The notes: generated by a model from the letters alone, not told the origin. DNA of 52,151 bases from Deltaproteobacteria bacterium (GCA_011042225.1 DQXT01000052.1:1-52151), one strand, 5' to 3'; positions 10,982 to 20,619 are shown, numbered from the stretch's first letter. Program-made: numbers and translations.

Positions 10982-11185
10982 ATGGACGGTAGAGTAAAAT
11001 GGTTCAATGATAAGAAAGGTTATGGTTTTATCGAGACGGATAACGAAGGTGATGTCTTTGTACATTATAGTGCTATCCAGGGAGAAGGATTTCGTTCATT
11101 GCAAGAGGGAGAGAGAGTAACTTTTGATATAGAGCAGAGCCCCAGGGGCCCTCAAGCAACCGATGTTAGAAGGGTTTCAGGGTAA
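10982..11185 (+). CDS. cold-shock protein (CspA family)
   Basis: 67 aa. [15 protein letters not shown] (RNP1) and DVFVHYSAI (RNP2), with a GGAGAA RBS. It is preceded by about 240 nt of non-coding leader, as is typical for csp genes. Confidence 0.9.
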   Translation: MDGRVKWFNDKKGYGFIETDNEGDVFVHYSAIQGEGFRSLQEGERVTFDIEQSPRGPQATDVRRVSG

Positions 11186-11198
11186 ATAAAATTTGAAG

Positions 11199-11238
11199 GC
11201 CGGGCGCTTTGAAAATTTATTCAAAATGCCCGGCTTTA
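11199..11238 (+). terminator. intrinsic terminator candidate downstream of the cold-shock gene
   Basis: GCCGGGC (11199-11205) pairs with GCCCGGC (11228-11234). An inner TTTGAA/TTCAAA helix lies between them, and TTTA follows. Confidence 0.55.
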
Positions 11239-11338
11239 CAAAGAGGTTGATTAGTAGCTGAGCAGAAGCCTCAATGGAATATTTGTTGAGTGAGGTTCGC
11301 GGATTTAAATATTTTTTGTAAGTTCTTGTTGTTGCCAG

Positions 11339-12367
11339 TTACTTCTCTAATACAAAAAATAGTCCCTTTGGAGAGTTGACGAGCGTACCTTCAAACGTGC
11401 TTTTCGTGACATAACGCACAGTAAATGTCGGTTTGAAGAGTTCTGCTATCTTTTTTTCGGTAAATCGATAAGGACCTCTGTCACCGGGCTCCTCATAACT
11501 GAATACTTTTATAAAAAGCCTGCCGCCAGGACGGATGACTTCTGCAACATGATGGATATAATGTCCACGTTCTTCAGGCGGAATACCGTGAAAACATCCA
11601 CGGTCAAAGGCATAATCAAAATTTCCGAAATAAGTCAAAGGCTGACATACGTCAGCTATTTCGTATATGAGATGCGGATTCAAATCGCCAAAGCGAAGGC
11701 GGGCTTGCTCAATTGCAGCAGTTGCTATATCAACGGCTACAACTTCATATCCCAGGGCTGCCAGCCGGGCCGCGGCTGTCCCCGGCCCGGATCCCAGCTC
11801 AAGCAAACGCCCGGGTAAGGGGGCATATTCCGATAGGGCTGTAACGAGATCTTCGTCAAGGCAATCAGTATACCAAGGCATATCTTCTAAAGAAACCGCT
11901 TTATAAAAATACTCCCAAGTTTGACCGCTGGGACCTCGAGCCCTTTTCCCCGATAACTCGATCCTTGACATGGTGAGATCTGAGAGACTGCCCCTTGCTA
12001 CCAGCTCAATGCTATGATTATCTGGGTCTTTGAGTGTAAGCATCTGTTCTGTTCCCAGCCGTTCTGACGGGCCGTTGACTTGTAATCCCAACGCTCTGAG
12101 CTTGTCACGAGCTTGCAGAAGCTCCCATATTGGTAACCAAAAGCTCACTGTTATCCTGTCTTTTTTTAAGGGGCGCTCTATGAGTCGCAGCGCAGCATGT
12201 CCAGTTGATACCTCCCATGTCCCATCCGGCAAAGCTCTTGCCATCATGCCGAGTTTATCTCTGTAAAATATCAAGGAGTTCGAACGGTCACTTACCGGTA
12301 AAATCACACAGCGCATGTCTCGCAACACGATTGGAATATCAAGACCTCGAGCAGTCATATCTTTCAT
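11339..12367 (-). CDS. fusion protein: N-terminal VOC/glyoxalase-like domain plus C-terminal SAM-dependent methyltransferase (TPMT/TehB-like)
   Basis: 342 aa. The N-terminal roughly 125 aa have the beta-alpha-beta-beta-beta VOC pattern (...LTLKDPDNHSIELV). The C-terminal half has W..(F)Y......PW then the SAM motif I LELGSGPGTAAARLAALGYEVVAVD and FDRGCFH. Confidence 0.7.
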   Translation of the reverse strand: MKDMTARGLDIPIVLRDMRCVILPVSDRSNSLIFYRDKLGMMARALPDGTWEVSTGHAALRLIERPLKKDRITVSFWLPIWELLQARDKLRALGLQVNGPSERLGTEQMLTLKDPDNHSIELVARGSLSDLTMSRIELSGKRARGPSGQTWEYFYKAVSLEDMPWYTDCLDEDLVTALSEYAPLPGRLLELGSGPGTAAARLAALGYEVVAVDIATAAIEQARLRFGDLNPHLIYEIADVCQPLTYFGNFDYAFDRGCFHGIPPEERGHYIHHVAEVIRPGGRLFIKVFSYEEPGDRGPYRFTEKKIAELFKPTFTVRYVTKSTFEGTLVNSPKGLFFVLEK

Positions 12368-12523
12368 GCCTCTTTTTTAATGCACATGTCACCCATAATT
12401 GTATGTCTTTTAATTTTATTTTCATTAAAGAGCAACTTGCAAAATCTCCATTACTTATTAAATTCCACACGATCAACAACAGGCGGATACTATACTGCAT
12501 AAATTGTTCTTGAGAAGAAAGTC

Positions 12524-12552
12524 TTGACAGTTTCAGGAACCATTTCTATTAT
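12524..12552 (+). promoter_or_regulatory. sigma-70 type promoter for tRNA-Gly
   Basis: TTGACA (12524-12529), a 17-nt spacer, then TATTAT (12547-12552). The -10 element ends 16 nt before the mature tRNA 5' end. Confidence 0.6.
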
Positions 12553-12568
12553 TCAGATTCGGTTTATT

Positions 12569-12643
12569 GCGGGAATAACTCAGTGGTAGAGTGTAACCTT
12601 GCCAAGGTTAAAGTCGCGGGTTCAAATCCCGTTTCCCGCTCCA
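12569..12643 (+). tRNA. tRNA-Gly (anticodon GCC), CCA encoded
   Basis: Folded by hand. Acceptor GCGGGAA/TTCCCGC, D arm ACTC-AGTGGTA-GAGT, anticodon arm TAACC-TTGCCAA-GGTTA, T arm GCGGG-TTCAAAT-CCCGT, discriminator T and CCA. Confidence 0.9.
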
Positions 12644-12658
12644 ATCATTAAAATAGCA

Positions 12659-12685
12659 GGGCAGCCATGGCTGCCCTTTTTATTT
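12659..12685 (+). terminator. intrinsic terminator after tRNA-Gly
   Basis: Perfect palindrome GGGCAGCCATGGCTGCCC (12659-12676) followed by TTTTTATTT. Confidence 0.7.
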
Positions 12686-12694
12686 CCGGCATTT

Positions 12695-14137
12695 ATGAAA
12701 AATTTTCCTCCGTGTCTAATAACCTGGTCTACTTTTCTAGTAATTTTTATACTGAACCTGGAAGTTTTTGCAGGGGCCAAACTGCAAAATCCCCAGGTAA
12801 AGCAGGTTACAACCACCGTAAGCGGCCAAGTGGATCTATGCCTTTCCTGCCACAAGGAAAAACCAGACCAAACTCACGGTAGAGAGGTCCTGGGGTGTGC
12901 TGTGTGTCATATGGGAAACCCGCTTTCCGGCGACAAACAACGGGCACATATGGGTATGGTTCTGAATCCCGGAGAACTTCGATTTGCAGATAAAACCTGC
13001 GGTCAGCTCGGCTGCCACCCGAATGAGGTCACTTGGGTCAAGAACTCACTTATGGCTACAAATCGCGGTATCATAAGCACCCTTCGTTTTTACTGGGAAG
13101 AGAGCCATGATCACAATGAAGACCTTTCAGTAAAAATGCTTAAAGATACGGGCATGAGTTCTCTTGCCCTTGACTACTACAGAAAATTGTGCGCGAGCTG
13201 CCATCTATGGGTTGAACGTGGGAGTCTTCCCGATTTTCTGGCACGCAAGGGCGGGGGTTGCACTGCCTGTCACTTTGTGAAAGACGAAGAAACAAAACTA
13301 AAAGACGAGAAACATCCAAGAATAATAAAGATTATTCCCATGGAAAATTGCGTATTATGTCACAACCGAAGTGGACGTATCGGGCTGTCCTATCAGGGAC
13401 TATTTGAGTCTGAGGGCTATGGCACCCCGTATGAAGAAGGCGACTTTTCTTCCCAAGAGTTAATTGATGGCCGTTTTTACCGAATATTTAAGGACGATAT
13501 TCATCACGAAAAAGGAATGACTTGTATTGACTGCCATACTCAAAAAGAAATCATGGGAGATGGAGAACGCCATGCCCATTTTGAAAACCAGCTGGAGGTT
13601 ACATGCAGGGATTGCCATGATATTTCTAAAACATTAGATATAGTTATTGCAGCCAAAAAAGCTGATAAAGGCACTTCTGTCACCTCTAAGTCCTCCTCGA
13701 ACCGCCTGGAAATACCAAAACAACAAATAGATCAATCACCAAATCCACCCAGTCCTCCCGAACTCAACATCCATCAGAAAAACGACTCATTTTTCCTTGA
13801 GAATAAACAAAATAAAAAAGTTCATCCGCTACACGCACCTGATCCGATCTCATGCATGCATCCAACTCATCGCCGTCTGTCTTGCCAGGCCTGTCATAGC
13901 AAGTGGGTGCCTCAGTGCTACGGCTGTCATATCCAGATGGATATGAGCAAGACCCAATTAGATAAGGTCTCAATAAATGAGACCCCAGGGCTCTGGAAAG
14001 AGTTTCGTTCATTCATACGCTACGAATGTCCACCTCTGGGAATACTTGAGCATGGAAAAAAAGAAGGGAAAAATCCTTCTGAAAAGACCGAGCTTCAAGC
14101 CAAGACTTCTGAGGTGGTTATTCTTGTTCCCGGGTGA
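12695..14137 (+). CDS. multiheme c-type cytochrome, N-terminal part (nine CxxCH plus one CxxxxCH), ending at an in-frame TGA
   Basis: The signal-anchor MKNFPPCLITWSTFLVIFILNLEVFAGA starts at ATG 12695; the ORF-track start at 12599 lies inside the tRNA. Heme motifs: CLSCH, CAVCH, CGQLGCH (12998-13018), CASCH, CTACH, CVLCH, CIDCH, CRDCH, CQACH, CYGCH. Confidence 0.85.
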   Translation: MKNFPPCLITWSTFLVIFILNLEVFAGAKLQNPQVKQVTTTVSGQVDLCLSCHKEKPDQTHGREVLGCAVCHMGNPLSGDKQRAHMGMVLNPGELRFADKTCGQLGCHPNEVTWVKNSLMATNRGIISTLRFYWEESHDHNEDLSVKMLKDTGMSSLALDYYRKLCASCHLWVERGSLPDFLARKGGGCTACHFVKDEETKLKDEKHPRIIKIIPMENCVLCHNRSGRIGLSYQGLFESEGYGTPYEEGDFSSQELIDGRFYRIFKDDIHHEKGMTCIDCHTQKEIMGDGERHAHFENQLEVTCRDCHDISKTLDIVIAAKKADKGTSVTSKSSSNRLEIPKQQIDQSPNPPSPPELNIHQKNDSFFLENKQNKKVHPLHAPDPISCMHPTHRRLSCQACHSKWVPQCYGCHIQMDMSKTQLDKVSINETPGLWKEFRSFIRYECPPLGILEHGKKEGKNPSEKTELQAKTSEVVILVPG

Positions 14138-14164
14138 CAGGATTTCATTACCGTCCTGGACGGG

Positions 14165-14602
14165 GTGGGCAAATGGAAACGTGATTTTAAGCGGCTCACA
14201 GTCTCATGGATGGACCCTCATACCACGCAGAAAGGTGGACGCTCCTGCAAGGAATGCCACCAAGATCCCAGGGCATTAGGGCTCGGTCAGGGCAACCTCT
14301 CCCTTGGATCTGTTGGGTGGAACTTCACATCCTCTCTTTCAGGTCTTTCTACCTCCCTGGGCATAGACCACCCACTGGACTCCTTCGTTGACATACAAGG
14401 CAGACCCTTAGTCCTTACATCAAGAACGGGACTAAGACCCTTTAATTCAAAAGAACTTAATAAAATCCTATATGTGGGGCTTTGTCTTCCATGCCACACA
14501 GATTTTGACGACCCTGTAATGAGAAGCTGGACTCCCGGAAAAGCACCTTCCCCTTGCCCCTGTGCCGACTTTTTTAACAGTCAGCATGCTCCGGAGAATT
14601 AG
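14165..14602 (+). CDS. multiheme cytochrome, C-terminal continuation (two more CxxCH), in frame with the previous ORF
   Basis: Same reading frame as 12695-14137, and the frame is open from 14138. Contains CKECH and CLPCH. There is no RBS or signal peptide of its own, so it is unlikely to be an independent gene. Confidence 0.7.
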   Translation: MGKWKRDFKRLTVSWMDPHTTQKGGRSCKECHQDPRALGLGQGNLSLGSVGWNFTSSLSGLSTSLGIDHPLDSFVDIQGRPLVLTSRTGLRPFNSKELNKILYVGLCLPCHTDFDDPVMRSWTPGKAPSPCPCADFFNSQHAPEN

Positions 14603-14743
14603 CCTTGAAACAGATCGCCTTTTTTGACTTAAATGGGATTTAATGGGAAACAGCCTGTTGATCATGGAACCGGGACTTTATAATCAAAATATGCTTAATT
14701 GACTGGCCAGGATTAAGCCAGCACAATTCGGGACAGAGCAGAG

Positions 14744-15349
14744 GTGTCAGTATTGAGCGATATTTGTCCAGGAGGACTAATTGAGTGGATTTCCGCGGTA
14801 GGAGCCACTTTTATTCTAATTTTCTTGTCTGAAATAGGTGACAAGAGCCAGCTTGTTTGTATGACTCTGGCCGCAAGATATCGAGCCCTTCCGATAGTCA
14901 TAGGAGCAACTTTTGCCTTTGCATTTCTTAATCTCTTGGCAGTTTTATTCGGGGCACTCCTGGCTAACCGGCTTTCAGAGAATATGATAAATATCGGCGT
15001 GGCAGTGCTTTTTGCAGTGTTTGGCATCCATGTCCTGCTTGCGAAAAAGAAAGACGGAGATAAAAACATATCCTGTAAGAGCGTTCACAGTATATTGATT
15101 ACAACCTTTCTGTTAATCTTTATGGCAGAATTAGGTGATAAGACCCAAATCGCCGTTGTTGGGCTGAGTAGTACTGCCGGTTCTATGCCGGTCTGGTTCG
15201 GCGCTACGCTGGCGCTGAGTCTTATATCCGGTATCGGAGTGCTGGTTGGAAGCAAACTATTCCAGCATATCCCCATGATATTGCTTTACCGTATGAGCGG
15301 CGGAGTCTTTTTGATCCTGGCTGCTTTTGCACTGAGCAGGGTATTTTAA
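14744..15349 (+). CDS. UPF0016 / GDT1-TMEM165 family cation (Mn2+/Ca2+) transporter
   Basis: 201 aa and six predicted TM helices. The family signature E-x-G-D-K-[ST] occurs twice (EIGDKSQ and ELGDKTQ), once per half. Confidence 0.8.
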   Translation: MSVLSDICPGGLIEWISAVGATFILIFLSEIGDKSQLVCMTLAARYRALPIVIGATFAFAFLNLLAVLFGALLANRLSENMINIGVAVLFAVFGIHVLLAKKKDGDKNISCKSVHSILITTFLLIFMAELGDKTQIAVVGLSSTAGSMPVWFGATLALSLISGIGVLVGSKLFQHIPMILLYRMSGGVFLILAAFALSRVF

Positions 15350-15490
15350 AGGAATATACTTGTAACGGATATATCCGAAAAGTCTATTACGCAGACCAGC
15401 ACATCTCGGAACTTTATTTATTTTGCCGGGTGTTTTACCCCTTAAGCGCGGGAAAAGTCATAGAACAGCATTTTTGGGGATATCGTCCTT

Positions 15491-16297
15491 TCATTTGCCC
15501 CCTTCTAATTCAGGTCCTGCAGGTTTATTTATGTCTTCCTGGGAGTTGAGTTTGTCGGCTATTTCAATGAAGGGCTTGAAAAGATCAATGGGAATCGGGA
15601 ACAGCGTAGTTGAATTATTTTCCGTGGCTACTTCCCTGAGGGTCTGGAGATACCGGAGTTGCAGGGCAGCAGGCGCCTTGTGTATGATATCGGCGGCATC
15701 GGCCAGCTTTTTTGCTGCCTGAAACTCACCTTCTGCATTAATAACCTTGGACCGGCGTTCCCGCTCGGCCTCGGCCTGTTTTGCCATAGCCCTTTTCATC
15801 TCTTGCGGGAGGTCTATCTCTTTTACTTCTACTTTACTGACCTTAATACCCCAGGGCTCGGTATCAAGGTCTAATATCTCCTGAATCTGGGCATTAATTT
15901 TATCTCTCTCTGACAGAAGTTCGTCCAGTTCGGCCTGTCCGCAGACACTCCGGAGGGTGGTCTGGGCCAATTGAGACGTGGCAAAAAGGAAGTTTTCCAC
16001 CTCAACCACCGCCCTTCTTGAATCCAGGACCCTGAAATAGACTACCGCACTCACCTTTACAGATACGTTATCCCTGGTAATGATATCCTGTGGTGGCACA
16101 TCAAGGGTAACTATCCTAAGATCGATTTTCCTCATCTTATCAATAACAGGAATGAGTATTATAAGACCCGGGCCCTTGGTCTTAATGACACGACCCAGCC
16201 TGAATATTACCCCACGTTCATACTCGTTGAGTATGCGAATGGCTGATATCAAAAAAGCAATGATCAAAAAAAGCAGAAAAGCGAGAGAGATTGTCAT
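15491..16297 (-). CDS. SPFH/band-7 stomatin-like protein (slipin)
   Basis: 268 aa. N-terminal TM helix, [16 protein letters not shown], and a long SPFH body with the Ala/Glu-rich coiled tail [15 protein letters not shown]. It overlaps the upstream nfeD by 4 nt. Confidence 0.9.
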   Translation of the reverse strand: MTISLAFLLFLIIAFLISAIRILNEYERGVIFRLGRVIKTKGPGLIILIPVIDKMRKIDLRIVTLDVPPQDIITRDNVSVKVSAVVYFRVLDSRRAVVEVENFLFATSQLAQTTLRSVCGQAELDELLSERDKINAQIQEILDLDTEPWGIKVSKVEVKEIDLPQEMKRAMAKQAEAERERRSKVINAEGEFQAAKKLADAADIIHKAPAALQLRYLQTLREVATENNSTTLFPIPIDLFKPFIEIADKLNSQEDINKPAGPELEGGK

Positions 16298-17664
16298 ATC
16301 TTGCCTCCATGGATCATCGAGACCCTTAATTTAAGTCCATCAACACCTATAACTCTTACCTCAGTATCCACAGGTATGGTCTCCTCGCTTACAGCGGTCC
16401 ATAGTTCTCCGTGTAAAAAGACCTTACCACCCCTCATTCCTACTGTCTTTCGAACAATACCTTTTTCACCTATAAGGGCTTCTGCCCCGGATTTCGGACT
16501 GGATAAGGTAGCTCTGGTCACCAGATAAATAATAGCAGCCAGAAAAGAGCCGACTCCAAGCATAGTAGTCCAGAGCACATCCGTGTCAATGGAAACCCCT
16601 GTCTTTGAGGTGTCGAAGAGCATAATAGAACCCAGAAGGAGTGAAGCCAAACCCGCTGCCCCCAGTACGCCGTGGCTGGCAATTATCAGTTCCATGACGA
16701 ACAGAAGCGCCGCCAAGAGCAACAGGAGGAGACCAGCGGTATTTACAGGAAGGGCCTGTAGGGCAAATAGGCCCAAAAGCAGGCATATGGCCCCTATGGT
16801 CCCCGGGAAAATGGTCCCTGGATGGGCAAACTCAAAATATAACCCTGTCATGCCGATCATCATGAGGATATAGGCGATATTTGGATCTGCTATGGTCCTG
16901 AGTATTTTTTCCCTCAAACTCTCTTTTATTTGTATAATTTCAGGGTTAATAATTACTAGTTCGGCCGGACCATCAGGCAGACTCACTGCAATGCCATCGA
17001 GTTGATTAATCAGTTCACTGAGGTCTTTTGCCAGGACATCGATTACTTTCAGTTCCAAAGCCTCTCTTGCAGAGGCGGAAACGCTCTCCCTTACCGCTTT
17101 TTCTGCCCACTCCGCGTTCCGGCCACGCTCTGCTGCCATACTCCTGGCCATGGCGGCAAGGTCGTTTTCCGCCTTTTGTTTCATGGTCTCGTCTTTTTCT
17201 CCACCGGAACCCAGGTTTACCGGATGAGCGGCACCAATATTGGTACCGGGCGCCATGGCTGCAACATGGGCGGCAATAGTGAGTATGGCACCGGCCGATG
17301 CGGCCTGTGCGCCGGAGGGACTTACATAAACAACTGTTGGAATCGTTGATGCCATTATTTCCTGAATCATATCCCTAAGAGTAGATACAAGGCCGCCAGG
17401 TGTATCGAGCTCAATCACCAGACAATCGGCCTGACCCATGTCGGCCTCTTTAAGGGCCCTTTTTAAAAGCTCTGCTGAACCGGGATTTATGCTGCCTCTT
17501 AATTCGACAAGATAGATAAGGGAATGGCCTGCCGGATTCCGCGGTTTGTATTGCTGATCAGTTCCCCATAAGGATGGAGTTAACACAAATAAAAAAAGCG
17601 AAATTATAAATAATAGGACCGCTTGTAAAACTATGTATCTACCCAGCCTTGAAATCCACGACAT
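16294..17664 (-). CDS. nfeD: NfeD-family membrane-bound serine protease (ClpP-class domain, TM bundle and C-terminal OB fold)
   Basis: ClpP-like block [11 protein letters not shown]...[12 protein letters not shown], a multi-TM middle region and a C-terminal OB ([16 protein letters not shown]...[11 protein letters not shown]). The start is uncertain. ATG 17664 gives a signal-like N-terminus, while the ORF-track start at 17793 would overlap udg by 56 nt. Confidence 0.85.
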   Translation of the reverse strand: MSWISRLGRYIVLQAVLLFIISLFLFVLTPSLWGTDQQYKPRNPAGHSLIYLVELRGSINPGSAELLKRALKEADMGQADCLVIELDTPGGLVSTLRDMIQEIMASTIPTVVYVSPSGAQAASAGAILTIAAHVAAMAPGTNIGAAHPVNLGSGGEKDETMKQKAENDLAAMARSMAAERGRNAEWAEKAVRESVSASAREALELKVIDVLAKDLSELINQLDGIAVSLPDGPAELVIINPEIIQIKESLREKILRTIADPNIAYILMMIGMTGLYFEFAHPGTIFPGTIGAICLLLGLFALQALPVNTAGLLLLLLAALLFVMELIIASHGVLGAAGLASLLLGSIMLFDTSKTGVSIDTDVLWTTMLGVGSFLAAIIYLVTRATLSSPKSGAEALIGEKGIVRKTVGMRGGKVFLHGELWTAVSEETIPVDTEVRVIGVDGLKLRVSMIHGGKI

Positions 17665-17737
17665 TGAATTAAGTGTTCCCCATCTTAGAAAAAGAATATC
17701 AGGCAGGATTTTTATTAAAGACTTCTGCATTGGTTTT

Positions 17738-18496
17738 TTAACGGTATTTGTCATACTCTTTTTCCAGTATTTGGAGGTCATGCCAAGCCACACGTTTGCA
17801 GTCCAGTTGTTGGCTTCCTTTTAATCTTAACAGATATGCCGGATGATAAATTACCATGACCTTGGCATTTCCCAACTGATGGAAGCGACCACGAAGAGAT
17901 TTCAAAGGGGCCTTTTCTTTAAGGAGGGTTTGGGCGGCCACAAGTCCTAAAGCAAGTATAAGAGACGGATTGATGAGACTCAACTGGTGTCTTAAGAAGG
18001 GAAAACAGGCGGCGATTTCTTCATGTCCGGGGGTACGGTTACGGGGAGGTCGACACTTGATTACACTGGTGATAAAGACGTCCTTTCTGAAAATATTTAT
18101 GGCATTTAACATATCTGTAAGGAGTTCTCCTGAAGGACCTACAAATGGCCTGCCCTGAATATCTTCTTCTTTACCCGGGGCCTCTCCTACCACCACCAGT
18201 TTCGCATCTTCAGGTCCCTCTCCGAAGACCGTATTCCGCCGTTTTTTATACAGCTCACACCTTTCACAATTCTCAACTATCTTGCGAAGCCGGACAAAAT
18301 CAGTTTCTGTAGGAATTTCATCCCTATATTCCCGGGTGGAACTGAGTTCCTGCGGGGATGCTTTACTTTGGACAGTATGATTCAGAAAGGATGAAGACAA
18401 TTCAGGACCTATGGAAATGCCCTCAACCCCCAACTGTTTCTGATAACGGAGCCAAGATGAAATATCGTTCATTATATTAACAATTTCTTTTTTCAT
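17738..18496 (-). CDS. udg: uracil-DNA glycosylase, family 4 (Fe-S type)
   Basis: CERCELYKKRRNTVFGEG...VVVGEAPGKEEDIQGRPFVGPSGELL...HPAYLLR is the family-4 UDG signature, including the cluster cysteines. Confidence 0.9.
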   Translation of the reverse strand: MKKEIVNIMNDISSWLRYQKQLGVEGISIGPELSSSFLNHTVQSKASPQELSSTREYRDEIPTETDFVRLRKIVENCERCELYKKRRNTVFGEGPEDAKLVVVGEAPGKEEDIQGRPFVGPSGELLTDMLNAINIFRKDVFITSVIKCRPPRNRTPGHEEIAACFPFLRHQLSLINPSLILALGLVAAQTLLKEKAPLKSLRGRFHQLGNAKVMVIYHPAYLLRLKGSQQLDCKRVAWHDLQILEKEYDKYR

Positions 18497-18605
18497 GTTA
18501 ATCTATCACGATTATATACCAGAATAATAACTACCGTCCAAAGCTAAAGTCCCATAGACCTTCCACATCAAGAGTTCGTCTTATATTCCAAGACCAGAGG
18601 CCCTT

Positions 18606-18974
18606 CTAAAAGGCAGACCGTTTTGAGAAAACCAAGAATAAAGCCAAAACTGCAATTGCGCCCACGGCAGAACCCATGGTGTCTGCCACCCAGTCAACCG
18701 GATCAGCATACCTATTGGGTACAAAATACTGATGAATTTCGTCGGCAAGTCCGTATAATGATCCAAGAAATATGGCCTGACACATTGCCACTGTTTTAGA
18801 AATCGAGGAGTTGTACAAGCGCCACCACATAAGCAACGCACCTAATGCAAAATACTCTAAAAAATGGACAAGATAGTCATTGCCCGATATGTTGGGAAGT
18901 CGATTCCCGGGGATGGAAGATGTTCCGAAAATGACTCCTGCATATGCTATGCACAAAGCTAAACGTATATTCAT
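18606..18974 (-). CDS. VanZ-like family membrane protein
   Basis: 122 aa and four TM helices. Conserved block GLADEIHQYFVPNRYADPVDWVADTMGSAVGA. Confidence 0.7.
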   Translation of the reverse strand: MNIRLALCIAYAGVIFGTSSIPGNRLPNISGNDYLVHFLEYFALGALLMWWRLYNSSISKTVAMCQAIFLGSLYGLADEIHQYFVPNRYADPVDWVADTMGSAVGAIAVLALFLVFSKRSAF

Positions 18975-19120
18975 GAAACAAGATTCCTTGATTCACTTGA
19001 CGGTATATATAGAGTAAACTATGAATGATTGTTTGTCAGCGGCTGTATTATCTTATAGACATGATCTGAATTCTTTATCATATTTTCCCCATGAATAATC
19101 ATGGCATTCTCCAATAAGGA

Positions 19121-20611
19121 GTGGACAACTTGAATGACGAAAGCCTAGTTATTAAGCAGCGCCGCGAAAAAGCGGAGCAACTGGAAAGTGATAATATATC
19201 TCTTTATCCCAACGACGTAAAGACGCCTGAAAGTACTTCGACAATAAGGCGTTTGTATGATTCGCATAGTGCGGAAGACCCGGGAAAGGTGCAGCGCAGC
19301 TTCAGGCTGGCCGGTCGTGTAATGAGTTTGCGCCGTTTTGGAAAGGCAGCCTTTTTACATATTCAGGACAGCTCCGGTCAACTGCAGATCCATGTAAGAA
19401 AAGACGTGGTTGGAAATGAGGTCTACAACCTATTCAAGAAATTCGACATTGGTGACCTGATTGAGGTTAGAGGTAAGCCTTTTAGGACCCGCGTAGGCGA
19501 ATTGACACTCTCAGCTGAGAGCATCGGCCTTGCGGCCAAGTCTTTGAGGCCCCTTCCTGAGAAGTACCACGGAGTAAAGGACAAGGAGATCAGATATCGC
19601 CAGCGATATGTCGATCTGATAATGAATCAGGAAGTAAGAGAGGTTTTCAGGACCAGGTCCCGTATTGTCCAGATATTGCGTGAGTACTTTACTTCCCATG
19701 GTTTCCTTGAGGTTGAGACCCCGATGATGCAGTCCATTGTGGGCGGCGCAACGGCCCGTCCCTTTACTACCCATCACAATGCCCTTGGTATGGACCTTTA
19801 CCTTCGGATAGCTCCTGAGCTGTATCTGAAGAGACTACTTGTAGGCGGTTTTGACAAAGTTTTTGAGCTTGGCCGGAATTTCAGGAACGAAGGAATTTCG
19901 ATACAGCATAATCCGGAGTTTACTATGCTGGAGTTCTATGAGGCCTATGTTACTTATGAAGATATGATGATGCGGACAGAGAAACTCTTTTCGCGGATAG
20001 CTGAAGAAATTAAGGGCGGAATGGTCTTCTCCTATCAGGGCTATACGATGGATCTCACTCCTCCCTGGCGCCGGATGACCCTTGAAGAGGCATTAATAGA
20101 GATTGGACAGGTTTCGAAAAAGGACCTTGGGAACAGAAAGGGTCTTGTTGAAAGATTGACGGCCCTTGGTGCTCCACTGAGGGGTAATGAGAAGACAGGT
20201 AAATTATGGACAAAGTTATTTGATTTACTTGTGGAGCCCAAGCTTATTCAGCCGACTTTTGTAAGTCACTACCCTATTGACGTCTCACCTCTGGCCCGGG
20301 AAAATCAGGAAAATCCTCAAGTTACAGACAGATTCGAACTTTTCATTGGCGGTCGCGAGATTGCGAACGCATTCTCAGAGCTCAATGACCCAAGAAAGCA
20401 GCGTCAGCGTTTCCAACGGCAGATAGCCGATAGAGGAGATGACGACGAGGTACCTCCTGAACTGGATGAAGACTTTATCCGGGCACTGGAAGTAGGTATG
20501 CCGCCCGCCGCCGGCGAAGGTATAGGTGTGGATCGTGTGGTAATGCTATTTACTGACTCCTCTTCTATCCGCGATGTTATCCTGTTTCCACAGCTGCGTC
20601 CGGAGAGTTGA
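19121..20611 (+). CDS. lysS: lysine--tRNA ligase (class II)
   Basis: 496 aa with an OB anticodon-binding domain. Motif 2 FRNEGISIQHNPEFTMLE and motif 3 GEGIGVDRVVMLFT. AAGGAG at 19113-19118; the start is GTG 19121 or TTG 19130. Confidence 0.95.
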   Translation: MDNLNDESLVIKQRREKAEQLESDNISLYPNDVKTPESTSTIRRLYDSHSAEDPGKVQRSFRLAGRVMSLRRFGKAAFLHIQDSSGQLQIHVRKDVVGNEVYNLFKKFDIGDLIEVRGKPFRTRVGELTLSAESIGLAAKSLRPLPEKYHGVKDKEIRYRQRYVDLIMNQEVREVFRTRSRIVQILREYFTSHGFLEVETPMMQSIVGGATARPFTTHHNALGMDLYLRIAPELYLKRLLVGGFDKVFELGRNFRNEGISIQHNPEFTMLEFYEAYVTYEDMMMRTEKLFSRIAEEIKGGMVFSYQGYTMDLTPPWRRMTLEEALIEIGQVSKKDLGNRKGLVERLTALGAPLRGNEKTGKLWTKLFDLLVEPKLIQPTFVSHYPIDVSPLARENQENPQVTDRFELFIGGREIANAFSELNDPRKQRQRFQRQIADRGDDDEVPPELDEDFIRALEVGMPPAAGEGIGVDRVVMLFTDSSSIRDVILFPQLRPES

Positions 20612-20619
20612 GTCTCGGA

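Noticed and set aside
12599-12694. The ORF-track start of the cytochrome at 12599 (MPRLKSRVQIPFPAP...).
   Set aside because: These codons are read through the tRNA-Gly gene and its terminator. The real start is ATG 12695, which begins a normal signal-anchor sequence.
14603-14743. Looked for a yybP-ykoY (Mn2+) riboswitch upstream of the UPF0016/GDT1 transporter, which is a common target of that riboswitch.
   Set aside because: I could not find the conserved GGGGAGUAG and paired four-way-junction motifs. Only a short CTGGC/GCCAG hairpin is present. A covariance-model scan would be needed to be certain.
17665-17793. N-terminal extension of nfeD to the ORF-track start at 17793.
   Set aside because: It would overlap the udg coding region by 56 nt and add a non-hydrophobic leader ahead of the signal-like segment. 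An internal ATG (17664, or 17730) is more plausible, but the exact start remains uncertain.
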